Notes under the pieces: generated by a model
Database searches by the model: none
What the model saw: only the letters and a program-made list of their open reading frames with translations
Told to the model about the DNA's origin: nothing
Source: Alphaproteobacteria bacterium
Lineage (GTDB): Bacteria > Pseudomonadota > Alphaproteobacteria > RF32 > CAG-239
Direction of reading: 5' to 3'
NCBI GenBank assembly: GCA_045633825.1
Contig: JAZQZB010000013.1
Coordinates: 1-57,876, forward strand
DNA length: 57,876 nt
In this document: one piece after another, positions 10,301-20,300 of the stretch
How the letters are laid out: every line of letters begins with the position of its first letter
Numbering within the stretch: the first letter of the stretch is position 1
Made by a program: the position numbers and the translations under genes

Positions 10301-11062
10301 ATGAATAAATTTAATCATGTTTTAATTACAGGTGCTTCATCCGGAATAGGTGAAGCTTTGGCTATATATTATGCAAAAAACGGAACAAAATTGTTGTCAA
10401 TTTGCGGTCGTAATGAAGAGCGTTTAAATAAAACGGCTGAAGAATGCCGTAAGTTCGGTGTTGAGGTTGATGCAAGAATCGTTGATGTAAGAATGAAAGA
10501 AGATGTTGAAGCATGGATTAACGAAGCTAATGAAAAAATGCCTCTTAATTTGGTATTTGCCAATGCCGGCGTGGCAACTTTGGAGGAAACAACCGATAAT
10601 GTACGAAGAACGTTTTTTGTTAATGTTTTGGGAGTTATAAATACGGTTTTACCGGTGATAGATTTGTTTAAGAAAGCTCCGGCAGAGCAAATGAAACATA
10701 TTGCAATTACTTCGTCGATTGCCGGTTATCACGGAATGCCGACTTGTCCGTCATATTCGGCGACAAAAGCCTGTGTTAAAGCTTGGGGAGAGGGCTTGCG
10801 TTTGTCTTTAGCCCCATTAGGTATAAATGTTTCGACAATTTGTCCGGGGTTTATTCGTTCACGTATTACGGATAAAAATACTTGTCCCATGCCATATTTT
10901 ATGGAAGCTGATAAAGCTGCTGAAATTATAGCTAAACGTATTGAAAAAAATGTCGGATTAATAGCTTTTCCGTGGCAGATGAGATTAGCTACTTGGCTTG
11001 GTTCTATTTTGCCAAATGCAGTAAGTGATTTTATTTATTCAAAATTGCCATATAAAGTTTAG
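10301..11062 (+). CDS. Short-chain dehydrogenase/reductase
   Basis: ITGASSGIG, NAG, YSATK (YxxxK), PGFIRS. Confidence 0.93.
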   Translation: MNKFNHVLITGASSGIGEALAIYYAKNGTKLLSICGRNEERLNKTAEECRKFGVEVDARIVDVRMKEDVEAWINEANEKMPLNLVFANAGVATLEETTDNVRRTFFVNVLGVINTVLPVIDLFKKAPAEQMKHIAITSSIAGYHGMPTCPSYSATKACVKAWGEGLRLSLAPLGINVSTICPGFIRSRITDKNTCPMPYFMEADKAAEIIAKRIEKNVGLIAFPWQMRLATWLGSILPNAVSDFIYSKLPYKV

Positions 11063-12318
11063 CGGTTGCGAATTGCTTTGGTTTTTATCAGATAGTATAA
11101 AATTATCATTCCCGGAAGAGACATTAAAGTGGTGATAAGGAAAAATGTTTGCCACGATAATATGTTGGCAACAAAACCTGAAGTGGCAGCAAATAAATCT
11201 CGGGCAATTCCCATAAATGAGGAAAGCAGAGCATATTGAGTGGCTGTATATTTTTTATTGCAAAGGGTTGATAAATAAGCAACAAAAGCAGCCGTTCCCA
11301 TGCCTCCGGATATGTTTTCAATAAAAATATTTATCATTAAAATAGGGGCATTGTTGCCGGCATATACTTGTCCGACATATACAAGATTGGATGCGCCTTG
11401 TAAAATTCCACAAATAAATAAAGCTCGAGCCAAACCAATACGATTTATTATAATGCCTCCGACAAGGGTTCCTAAAATTGTGGCAATTACGCCATATATT
11501 TTGATGATTGAAGCAATTTGAACTTTAGAAAAACCGATATCATCAAAAAACGGATATGCCATTGGGGCAACATAAGCATCACTCATACGATAGAAGAAAA
11601 TAAATAATAAAATAAGCAGCCATTTGTCTCGTTTCATAAAATCAGAAAAAGGTTTTATAACAGCATTAACTATAGTGGCTCGTAAAGTATATGGTTTTGA
11701 AGCTCGATTGTTTTTCGGTTCTTTGGAAAGTAAAATAGTAATAAGTCCTATTAAGACACCTGAAGCCATGATTAAATAAACATGACTCCATGACATAATT
11801 GATGCTAAAAATAAAGCTCCTGCACCGGAAAATAATGAGCCGATACGATAGCCCAAAACAAATACGGCAACGCCTGCTCCTTGTTCTTTAGAATTAAAGC
11901 TTTCAATACGATAGGCGTCTAAAACGATATCTTGTGAGGCTGAAAAAAGAGCAACCATCAGAACAAAAAATACAAACATTAAAGGCGATAATCGTGGATT
12001 GGTAAGCGCCATATATACAAGCGAAAGCATTAGTAAAATTTGTAAAAATACTGCCCAACCGCGACGACGTCCCAGTTTAGAAAAAAACGGTAAAGAGTAT
12101 TGGTCGATAATCGGTGAAATCAGCCATTTGAAACTATATGGGGCTTTGACTAAAGAAAATATACCGATAGCGGCTAAAGATATGCCGATATCTTTCAGCC
12201 ATAAAGACAAGGTTGATGATATAAGCAAAAACGGTAATCCTGAAACAAAGCCGAGTAACAACATAACGAGCATTCGTCTGTCGGCATATATTTTTATTGA
12301 TTTAAGCCATTTTTTCAA
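11059..12318 (-). CDS. ampG: AmpG-family muropeptide MFS permease
   Basis: LGFVSGLPF, GRRRGW, SASQDIVLDAYRIE, YTATQYALLSS; AGGAG before a TTG start. Confidence 0.93.
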   Translation of the reverse strand: MKKWLKSIKIYADRRMLVMLLLGFVSGLPFLLISSTLSLWLKDIGISLAAIGIFSLVKAPYSFKWLISPIIDQYSLPFFSKLGRRRGWAVFLQILLMLSLVYMALTNPRLSPLMFVFFVLMVALFSASQDIVLDAYRIESFNSKEQGAGVAVFVLGYRIGSLFSGAGALFLASIMSWSHVYLIMASGVLIGLITILLSKEPKNNRASKPYTLRATIVNAVIKPFSDFMKRDKWLLILLFIFFYRMSDAYVAPMAYPFFDDIGFSKVQIASIIKIYGVIATILGTLVGGIIINRIGLARALFICGILQGASNLVYVGQVYAGNNAPILMINIFIENISGGMGTAAFVAYLSTLCNKKYTATQYALLSSFMGIARDLFAATSGFVANILSWQTFFLITTLMSLPGMIILYYLIKTKAIRNR

Positions 12319-12380
12319 AAAAGATCTCCTATGGTCGATTTATATGCTTGTTATGTTAATAGCTAAAGGATAAAATTTGA

Positions 12381-12417
12381 TTAAAAAAGCACCTCTTTTT
12401 TAGAGATGCTTTTTTAA
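12381..12417 (-). terminator. Intrinsic terminator after pnp
   Basis: AAAAAAGCACCTCT-loop-AGAGATGCTTTTTT hairpin. Confidence 0.65.
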
Positions 12418-12433
12418 TTTTAAATAGTAAGAT

Positions 12434-14554
12434 TTATTTTTCCAAATCTTCTCCGGTTTCTTGGTTTACTCTCTTGGCAGAAAGTTTTATCTTGCCGCGA
12501 TTGTCAGCGCCAAGGCATTTAACCCAGATTTGATCACCTTCTTTGTAGAAGTCGGAAACAGAAGCAATACGTTCGTTTTTAACTTCGGAAATGTGAACCA
12601 AACCTTCGGTTGTACCAAGAAAACGAACAAATGCACCAAAGTCCATAATTTTGGTAATGGTACCATGATAGATTTTGCCCATTTCCGGTTCGGCAACAAT
12701 ACCCATAATCCACTCAAGAGCTGCGTCACCGTCTTCTTTTTTCATAGAAGCGATTTTTACAACACCATCATCAGTAATATCGATTTTGGTGTGAGTAGTT
12801 TCAACGATTTCTCGAATAACTTTACCGCCGGTTCCGATAACTTCACGAATTTTGTCTGTCGGAATTTTGATAGCAACAATGCGAGGTGCTTTGTCGGAAA
12901 CATTTGCTCTCGGTTCGGCAATGGCTTTTGCCATTTCGCCAAGAATGTGGATACGGCCTTCATGAGCTTGATGAAGAGCTTTTTCCATAATCTCTTTGGT
13001 GATAGATGTAATTTTAATATCCATTTGAAGTGCGGTTACACCGTCTTTGGTGCCGGCTACTTTGAAGTCCATGTCGCCGAGGTGGTCTTCGTCACCTAAA
13101 ATATCGGTCAAAACCGCAATTCGGCCATCATCTTCTTTAATCAATCCCATGGCAATTCCTGCAACAGGTTTTATCATCGGTACACCGGCAGACATTAACG
13201 ACATTGTTGTTCCGCATACGGTGGCCATAGAAGATGAACCGTTTGATTCCATAATTTCGGATACAACACGAATTGTGTAAGGAAATGCGTCCTTGTCTTT
13301 CGGCATCATGGGGTGAATAGCGCGCCACGCTAATTTGCCGTGACCGATTTCACGACGTCCGGGAGAGCCCAAACGACCGCATTCACCAACCGAGAACGGA
13401 GGGAAGTTATAGTTTAACATAAAGTCTTGCTTTGATTCCTCAAATAATCCGTCAATGATTTGAGCATCTTCGCCGGTACCCAATGTTGTTACAACCAATG
13501 CTTGAGTTTCACCACGAGTAAATAATGCAGAACCGTGAGTGGTGGGCAAAACATCTACTTGGCAAGAAATTGGGCGAACGGTTTTGGTATCACGACCGTC
13601 AATGCGACGACCGGTGGTTAAAACTTTTTCACGAACAACTTTGTGCATTAGTTTTTCGATAACATCACCAATGTAGCGGGTTTCAAATTCGTTTTCCGGA
13701 TCGATTGTGGCGCGAACTTCTTCCGAAACCTGACCGACTAATGTGCCGCGAGCAAGTTTATTGGTTTCTTCAAATGCTGTTGCATATTTTGATTCAAAAT
13801 CTTTTTCGATGCGAGTATAAAGTTCATCAAATTCGGCAGGAAATACAGGAGCTTCCCACTGTTCTTTGCCGGCTTCGGCCTTAAGCTCGTTAATCATATC
13901 AATTACCGGTTGGAAGCTCTCAAAACCGAACATTACGGCACCAAGCATGGTTTCTTCGGATAATTCGTTAGCTTCGGATTCAACCATTAAAACACCTTCT
14001 TTGGTACCGGCAACGGCTAATTCCAATTCAGATGACGGTTGTTGATCCATGGTCGGGTTTAAGATATACTGACCGTCTTTGTAGCTGACTTTGGCTGCTC
14101 CGATAGGGCCTAAAAACGGAATACCGGAAACCGCTAAAGCCGCAGATGCGGCAATCATAGCGACAACATCAGAATCGGTTTGTTTGTCGTGAGCTAAAAC
14201 GGTACATACAACTTGAACTTCATTTTTGAAGGCATCCGGGAAAAGTGGGCGAATTGGTCTGTCAATAAGACGAGAAATAAGAACTTCGCGTTCGGAAGGC
14301 TTGCCTTCTCTTTTCATAAAGCCACCGGGAATTTTACCGGAAGCATAATATTTTTCTTGATAGTTAACTGTTAAAGGAAAGAAATCTTGATCTGCCTTTA
14401 CCTCTTTTGCGGCACAAACAGTGCCATGAACTATTGTTTCGCCATAAGTGACAATTACCGAACCGGCTGCTTGTCGTGAAATTTTTCCTGTTTCGAGAAT
14501 GAGTTTTCTTCCGCCCCATTCCATTTCTTTGCGGATTTCGTTAAATTCGATCAT
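12434..14554 (-). CDS. pnp: Polyribonucleotide nucleotidyltransferase
   Basis: [46 protein letters not shown] and S1 domains. Confidence 0.99.
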   Translation of the reverse strand: MIEFNEIRKEMEWGGRKLILETGKISRQAAGSVIVTYGETIVHGTVCAAKEVKADQDFFPLTVNYQEKYYASGKIPGGFMKREGKPSEREVLISRLIDRPIRPLFPDAFKNEVQVVCTVLAHDKQTDSDVVAMIAASAALAVSGIPFLGPIGAAKVSYKDGQYILNPTMDQQPSSELELAVAGTKEGVLMVESEANELSEETMLGAVMFGFESFQPVIDMINELKAEAGKEQWEAPVFPAEFDELYTRIEKDFESKYATAFEETNKLARGTLVGQVSEEVRATIDPENEFETRYIGDVIEKLMHKVVREKVLTTGRRIDGRDTKTVRPISCQVDVLPTTHGSALFTRGETQALVVTTLGTGEDAQIIDGLFEESKQDFMLNYNFPPFSVGECGRLGSPGRREIGHGKLAWRAIHPMMPKDKDAFPYTIRVVSEIMESNGSSSMATVCGTTMSLMSAGVPMIKPVAGIAMGLIKEDDGRIAVLTDILGDEDHLGDMDFKVAGTKDGVTALQMDIKITSITKEIMEKALHQAHEGRIHILGEMAKAIAEPRANVSDKAPRIVAIKIPTDKIREVIGTGGKVIREIVETTHTKIDITDDGVVKIASMKKEDGDAALEWIMGIVAEPEMGKIYHGTITKIMDFGAFVRFLGTTEGLVHISEVKNERIASVSDFYKEGDQIWVKCLGADNRGKIKLSAKRVNQETGEDLEK

Positions 14555-14671
14555 ATTTCTTTACCTTTCATTTTCCATATAACCTCTACCTGCCCCATGC
14601 AGGATTTTTTATTCTTTTCAGACAGGTTGCGGAGCTTTTTTAAGCCCCGCAACCTGTTGATATTTCAAAAA

Positions 14672-14941
14672 TTATCTTCTGATGTTTAATTTTGAGATAA
14701 TGTTTTGATATCTTGATTCGTCTTTTGCTTTTAAGTAGTCGAGCAAGTGACGACGACGAGCAACTTTTTTCATCAAACCAAGACGAGAGTGATTGTCTTT
14801 GGCATGAGTTTTGAAGTGTTCGATTAAATTGTTGATTTCGGCTGTCCAAATAGCAATTTGAACTTCCGGAGAACCTGTATCATTAGCACTTAAGCCATAG
14901 GCTTTAACTAATTCTTGTTTTTTTTCGTTAGAAATCGACAT
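14672..14941 (-). CDS. rpsO: 30S ribosomal protein S15
   Basis: [31 protein letters not shown]. Confidence 0.98.
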   Translation of the reverse strand: MSISNEKKQELVKAYGLSANDTGSPEVQIAIWTAEINNLIEHFKTHAKDNHSRLGLMKKVARRRHLLDYLKAKDESRYQNIISKLNIRR

Positions 14942-14960
14942 CTGTTTTTCCTTATATAAA

Positions 14961-15872
14961 TTATTTTAAGTTAAACACACGAATTGGAGAAATGCGAGTT
15001 TCTTCAATTCGTACCAAGGCAACCGCTTCGTTATTACATGTGGCTATCACTTCTTGCCCGATTATATTTGCAATGGTATAGGCTTTGGGTGATATTTTTT
15101 GCCCCATGCGAAGTTTGGTTGCGTCTTCTTCCCGTACGGCAATCACCGTGATGTCGCACAGTGATGTCAAAAAGGGAAGTAATTGACTTTGGCGCTCGCC
15201 AATATAACTCATATTTTTTAAATTTTCCAGCAAAATCGTATGTGAAAGGTCAAATTTTGCGCATTTTGTTCGTCTTAAAGCGGTTAAATAACCAAAGGTT
15301 CCAAGCTTTTTGGCAATATCGGAGCCTAAAGTGCGGACATAAGTTCCTTTAGAACATGAAACCTTAAATTTGTATTCGTCTGCAGAGAGAATCGATAACA
15401 ATTCCAGCTTATATATTTCAATTTGGCGTTCGGGAATATTGATTTCTTGTCCTTTGCGGGCTAAATCATAAGCACGTTGCCCGTTGATTTTTATAGCGGA
15501 ATAGGCGGGCGGAGTTTGAGTAATTTTGCCGATAAATTCAGGTATTATATTTAAAACTTCTTCTTTTGTCGGTATTTTTCCGCCGTTTTGTATAACACAG
15601 CCGGTCAAATCCAGTGTGTCGGTAGTTGAACCGAATTTTAATACAAACTCATATTCTTTGTCGCCGTCGGCAACATAGGGAATAAGCTTGGTTGCTTCGC
15701 CGAAAGCAATGGGTAAAACACCGGTGGCAAAAGGATCTAATGTCCCTGTGTGACCGTTTTTGGAAGCATTTAGCAAACGGCGAGTTTGATTGACGACATC
15801 AGTCGAACCAATGTCTTCTTGTTTGTCTATAATCAGCCAACCATGTATAGAATCGCCTTTGTGTTTTCCCAT
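14961..15872 (-). CDS. truB: tRNA pseudouridine(55) synthase
   Basis: [39 protein letters not shown]. Confidence 0.98.
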   Translation of the reverse strand: MGKHKGDSIHGWLIIDKQEDIGSTDVVNQTRRLLNASKNGHTGTLDPFATGVLPIAFGEATKLIPYVADGDKEYEFVLKFGSTTDTLDLTGCVIQNGGKIPTKEEVLNIIPEFIGKITQTPPAYSAIKINGQRAYDLARKGQEINIPERQIEIYKLELLSILSADEYKFKVSCSKGTYVRTLGSDIAKKLGTFGYLTALRRTKCAKFDLSHTILLENLKNMSYIGERQSQLLPFLTSLCDITVIAVREEDATKLRMGQKISPKAYTIANIIGQEVIATCNNEAVALVRIEETRISPIRVFNLK

Positions 15873-15997
15873 GTTTTCCTCTCGTTTTTATAAGGTTGAT
15901 ACGTGAATTTGCGTAATAAGTCAAGATAAGTTGAAAATACTTGCTAAATAGGTGTTTTGTGAATATAATCTTCTTAAATGATTTAAGGAGAAAAAAC

Positions 15998-16372
15998 ATG
16001 GCAGATAAAGAACCTTCACAAAGACAACTTCGAGTTGCGCAAGAAATCAGAAAAATTATTGCCCAATTTATTGATAGGGGTGAAGTTAGAAATTTGGAAG
16101 GATTAAATACTTTGATTACCGTGACAAGGGTTACGGTTTCGCCTGATTTGAAATATTGTACGGTATGGTTTATTGCTTCAAATAATGATTTGGTTCAGCC
16201 GGTTTTGGGCGGATTACAGTTGGCTGCAAACTATTTCAGAAAGCAAGTGGCTCAAAAAACTTCTTTGCGTTATGTGCCGGAAATAAATTTCAGAGTTGAT
16301 AAGACTTTTGAAGAAGTTGATAAAATCGAAAAACTTCTTCATGATCCGCATGTGGTACAAGATTTAAAATAA
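15998..16372 (+). CDS. rbfA: Ribosome-binding factor A
   Basis: SQRQLRVAQEIRK, ITVTRVTVSPDLK, LRYVPEINFRVD; AAGGAG before ATG 15998 (start corrected from the ORF track). Confidence 0.95.
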   Translation: MADKEPSQRQLRVAQEIRKIIAQFIDRGEVRNLEGLNTLITVTRVTVSPDLKYCTVWFIASNNDLVQPVLGGLQLAANYFRKQVAQKTSLRYVPEINFRVDKTFEEVDKIEKLLHDPHVVQDLK

Positions 16373-16377
16373 AAAAG

Positions 16378-16408
16378 AAAAGGCTTTGAGAAAATCAAAG
16401 CCTTTTTT
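16378..16408. terminator. Bidirectional terminator between rbfA and fabG
   Basis: AAAAGGCTTTGA-GAAAA-TCAAAGCCTTTT between convergent genes. Confidence 0.8.
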
Positions 16409-16424
16409 ATGTCTTGCGACAAGA

Positions 16425-17162
16425 TTAAATCATTGCCATACCGCCGTTAATGTTGATTGTTTGGCCGGTGATGTATTGTGATTCATCAGATGCTAAAAAG
16501 GCAACAACATTGGCAATATCTTGAGCTTCACCGAGTTTGCCTTCGGGAATTTTAGCCAAGAGAGCAGTTTTTACATCTTCGGGCAAAACATCGGTCATCG
16601 GTGTACGAATAAAGCCCGGAGCGATAGAGTTTACGGTAATACCACGAGAAGCAACTTCTTGAGCCAAGCATTTGTTCATGGCAATCATCCCGCCTTTTGA
16701 TGCGGCGTAGTTTGCTTGACCGGGGTTGCCCATAACACCTACAACAGAAGCAATACCGATAATACGACCGAAACGACGTTTCATCATGCCTCTGATTATA
16801 CCACGAGCTAATTTAAAACCTGCGGAGAGGTTTACATCCAATACTAATTGCCATTCATCATCACTCATGCGCATGAATAAATTGTCACGAGTAAGCCCCG
16901 CATTGTTTACTAAAATGTCGATTTGTCCGAATTTTGCTTCAACATCGGAAATAAGTTGTTTAATAGCTTCGGAATCTGAAAGGTTGGCAACAAAAAATTC
17001 AACATTATCGCCAAGTTCAGCTTTTAATTTTTCCATTGGTTCAGCACGCATATCTGTTAGGGCAAGTTTTGCGCCTTGTGCATGAAGTGTGCGAGCGATT
17101 TTGTCGCCAAGTCCTCCGGCTGCACCGGTAATTAAAGCAACTTTTCCATCTAATCTGAACAT
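16425..17162 (-). CDS. fabG: 3-oxoacyl-ACP reductase
   Basis: NNAGLTRDNLFMRM, GNPGQANYAASK, ITGQTININGG. Confidence 0.95.
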   Translation of the reverse strand: MFRLDGKVALITGAAGGLGDKIARTLHAQGAKLALTDMRAEPMEKLKAELGDNVEFFVANLSDSEAIKQLISDVEAKFGQIDILVNNAGLTRDNLFMRMSDDEWQLVLDVNLSAGFKLARGIIRGMMKRRFGRIIGIASVVGVMGNPGQANYAASKGGMIAMNKCLAQEVASRGITVNSIAPGFIRTPMTDVLPEDVKTALLAKIPEGKLGEAQDIANVVAFLASDESQYITGQTININGGMAMI

Positions 17163-17320
17163 TTATTTTTTCCTTTTTATAAGTTTTTGACTGTGTTTAA
17201 ATTGATTTATGTATGAAAAAAAGTCAAGTATTTTACTTCAGTTATAAAATAATTAAGGAATTGTTGACAGTTTGCCGTTTATAATTCGGTAGATTTAAAT
17301 TTATTGAAAAAGAGAGAAAA

Positions 17321-19594
17321 ATGGCTAAACGAAAAAAACAAAAATCTTTGGTGGCAAAGCTTGCCGTATTTATGTTAGGTCTTGCTTTAATTTTGTTTGC
17401 ATTTGCATTGATAGCGGCGTGTGTATTTTATAATCAGCAGGATAGCGGGTATAATAGCGCTAATTCTCGTGAAATAAGTAATTTGTTAGGAGCTTTCGGC
17501 GCATATAATGCTTCATGGATTTTAGGTTGGTTCGGATTAGCTTTACCGATTTTTCTTATTGCTCCGATTGTGTGGGGATATGAAATTATAAGATATAGAG
17601 TTTTTATGCATTCATGGGGAAGAATTATTGCGTCGGGCTTGGGAGTTTTTAGTTTTTCGATCTTTTTGAATTTGTGTTTTAACAGAGTGGGTGTTTTTGA
17701 TGTCGGCGGTGATATCGGAGTATTTTTTTCGCGAAATTTTTTAACTTTTATGAATCGAATGATGTCTTTTGCGTATCATAAATATCTTTTGATTTTATTG
17801 AGCTTTATGATTGCGTTTATGTCATTTAACTATGCTTGCGGAATTACTCTTAATGCTTGGTTTGGATTATTTAATAAAATAATTTCGCTGATTGTCGGTT
17901 TGTTTAAAGTTTTATTGTTAAAAATTGTCGGTTTTTGGAAGTTTTTGGGAAATGCCAAAAATGTTAAAAAAACGCAAAGATCGCAAAGACATAAAAAAGA
18001 ACCGAGACTTACGGAGCAAAAGGTTGAACGTGAAACAAAAGTTAATGAAACAATTAAAATTGCTAAACCGGTAAAGAAAATTGATGATGGTTATGAATTG
18101 CCGGGTATAGATATTTTATCTGTTGTTAAAGATAAAAATACTCAACAAATCAGTCAAAAAGAACTGGATAAAACAGCTTCTAAATTGGAAGATGTTTTGC
18201 AAGAGTTCGGGGTAATCGGTAAAATTGTACAAATTCGTCCCGGTCCGGTGGTAACATTGTATGAATTAGAGCCGGCTCCGGGGACAAAAATGGCACGAGT
18301 TATAGGGCTGTCTGATGATATCGCTCGTTCAATGAGTGCTGTATCGGTACGTATTGCGGTGGTTCCCGGATCTAATACAATCGGTATTGAGATGCCGAAC
18401 CCGACGCGTGAAATTGTGTATTTGCGTGAACTTTTGGACAGTGAAGAGTTTAGAACTTCAAAAGCTAATCTTACCATCAGTTTGGGTAAAGATATAGGCG
18501 GTAAAAATACTTATGCCGATTTGGCTAAAATGCCTCACTTGCTGGTCGCCGGTACTACCGGCTCGGGTAAGTCGGTTGGTGTAAATTCTATGATTATTTC
18601 ACTTCTTTATAAAATGAGACCGGAAGAATGTAAGTTGATTATGATTGATCCTAAAATGTTGGAATTCAGTATGTATAACGGGATTCCTCATCTTTTGACG
18701 CCGGTTATTACTGATCCGGCCAAAGCAGTTATCGGTTTGAAATGGGCTGTTAAGGAAATGGAAGATCGATATAGAGCAATGGCCCAGCTTAATGTTAAAA
18801 ATATTACCGGATATAATCAAAAATTAGAGGAGTTGCGTACAAACGGTAAGAAGGTTTCGCGAAGAGTTCAGACCGGATTTGAACCGGAAACAGGTAGGCC
18901 GATATTTGAAGAACAAGAGCTTGATTTAACCCCAATGCCTTATATTGTAATTGTGGTTGATGAAATGGCTGATTTGATGTTGGTGGCAGGCAAAGATGTT
19001 GAGGCCGCAATTCAAAGACTTGCGCAAATGGCTCGTGCTGCCGGTATTCATCTTATTATGTCAACTCAAAGACCTTCGGTTGATGTTATTACCGGTACTA
19101 TTAAAGCAAACTTTCCGACACGTATAAGTTATCAGGTTACTTCAAAAATCGACAGTCGTACAATCTTGGGCGAGCAGGGCGCCGAACAATTACTCGGTAT
19201 GGGTGATATGCTTTATATGCCGGCAGGACAACGTCCGCGACGTGTTCATGCTCCGTTTATTAAAGAAAGTGAAATTGAAAAAATTGTTGAATTTTTGAAA
19301 AATCAAAGACAGCCTGAATATGTGGAAACAGTTACCGAAGGTGAGCTTACCGATAGTAAAACATCCGGAGGTAGTGCGGTGTTTGATAATACTTCTATGG
19401 GCGGCGGTTCCGGTGATGAGGATTTATATGCTCAAGCCGTTGAGATTGTAAGGACTGATAAAAAGGCTTCAATTTCATATATTCAAAGACGTTTACGTAT
19501 CGGATATAATCGTGCTGCTTCAATTATTGAACGAATGGAAGATGAGGGTATTGTTTCTAAAACCGATCATGTGGGAAGACGTGAGGTTTTATAA
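17321..19594 (+). CDS. ftsK: DNA translocase FtsK
   Basis: N-terminal TM domain; MPHLLVAGTTGSGKS, DEMADLM, QRPSVDVITG; gamma domain IGYNRAA. Confidence 0.98.
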   Translation: MAKRKKQKSLVAKLAVFMLGLALILFAFALIAACVFYNQQDSGYNSANSREISNLLGAFGAYNASWILGWFGLALPIFLIAPIVWGYEIIRYRVFMHSWGRIIASGLGVFSFSIFLNLCFNRVGVFDVGGDIGVFFSRNFLTFMNRMMSFAYHKYLLILLSFMIAFMSFNYACGITLNAWFGLFNKIISLIVGLFKVLLLKIVGFWKFLGNAKNVKKTQRSQRHKKEPRLTEQKVERETKVNETIKIAKPVKKIDDGYELPGIDILSVVKDKNTQQISQKELDKTASKLEDVLQEFGVIGKIVQIRPGPVVTLYELEPAPGTKMARVIGLSDDIARSMSAVSVRIAVVPGSNTIGIEMPNPTREIVYLRELLDSEEFRTSKANLTISLGKDIGGKNTYADLAKMPHLLVAGTTGSGKSVGVNSMIISLLYKMRPEECKLIMIDPKMLEFSMYNGIPHLLTPVITDPAKAVIGLKWAVKEMEDRYRAMAQLNVKNITGYNQKLEELRTNGKKVSRRVQTGFEPETGRPIFEEQELDLTPMPYIVIVVDEMADLMLVAGKDVEAAIQRLAQMARAAGIHLIMSTQRPSVDVITGTIKANFPTRISYQVTSKIDSRTILGEQGAEQLLGMGDMLYMPAGQRPRRVHAPFIKESEIEKIVEFLKNQRQPEYVETVTEGELTDSKTSGGSAVFDNTSMGGGSGDEDLYAQAVEIVRTDKKASISYIQRRLRIGYNRAASIIERMEDEGIVSKTDHVGRREVL

Positions 19595-20299
19595 ATTTGT
19601 AAATTCTTTAATAGTTTGGGCCTGTAAATAGGGATTGCATTGTTTTTCTTCTTTTAAAGTAAAGGGAAAAACGTGGCCTGTGTCGTCTAAATTTGATTTA
19701 GCCTTGGTTAGGTATTTGATAATATTTTCGTTTGCCTGATTGTGATGATAGGCAAAGTTGGCAGCATGAAAAGTATATTCATGACCCGGATAAAACAAAA
19801 CATCATCAGGAAGGGCTTTTATTTTTGATAATGATTTAAACATTTGTTGGGGTGTTCCCTCAAAAAGACCTCCGATACAAAGGTTGAATAATGTATCACC
19901 GGTGAATAAGGCTTTGTCTTTTTTAAAATAGTAAAGAATATGGCCTTGTGTATGGCCGGAAACATCGATTATTTGAGCAATGGAATTGCCTAATGAAAAT
20001 GTATCATTGTCTTTAATAAATATTTTTGAGCTTTCTATACGATGTTTATCTGCCTCATTACATACTATTTGAGCATTGTATTTTTGTGCTAATTCTAAAT
20101 TACCGTCGGTGTGGTCAAAATGGTGATGAGTGTTTAAAATATATTGAGGGGTTATGCCCAATTCATCGCATTTTTTTATAATTGGAGAGGCTTCCGAAGG
20201 GTCGATAATCGCGGAAATATTTGTATCGGTATCTGTCAAGATATATGAATAGTTGTCCATAGTGCCGGCACGACATAATACATAATCAATTTTTAGCAT
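19589..20299 (-). CDS. gloB: Hydroxyacylglutathione hydrolase (glyoxalase II, MBL fold)
   Basis: DNYSY, THHHFDHTDG, GHTQGH, FTGDTLF, PGHEYT, EKQCNPYL. Confidence 0.92.
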   Translation of the reverse strand: MLKIDYVLCRAGTMDNYSYILTDTDTNISAIIDPSEASPIIKKCDELGITPQYILNTHHHFDHTDGNLELAQKYNAQIVCNEADKHRIESSKIFIKDNDTFSLGNSIAQIIDVSGHTQGHILYYFKKDKALFTGDTLFNLCIGGLFEGTPQQMFKSLSKIKALPDDVLFYPGHEYTFHAANFAYHHNQANENIIKYLTKAKSNLDDTGHVFPFTLKEEKQCNPYLQAQTIKEFTNL

Positions 20300-20300
20300 T

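Noticed and set aside
12461-13328. Antisense and alternate-frame ORFs in pnp (likewise in infB, nusA, rimP, murJ, recA, gatAB, groEL, glgX)
   Set aside because: Shadow frames of well-supported genes with no independent RBS or motif.
15941-15997. N-terminal extensions of RbfA (and of NUDIX at 34372-34449) in the ORF track
   Set aside because: Downstream ATGs with clear SD sequences give the expected protein starts.
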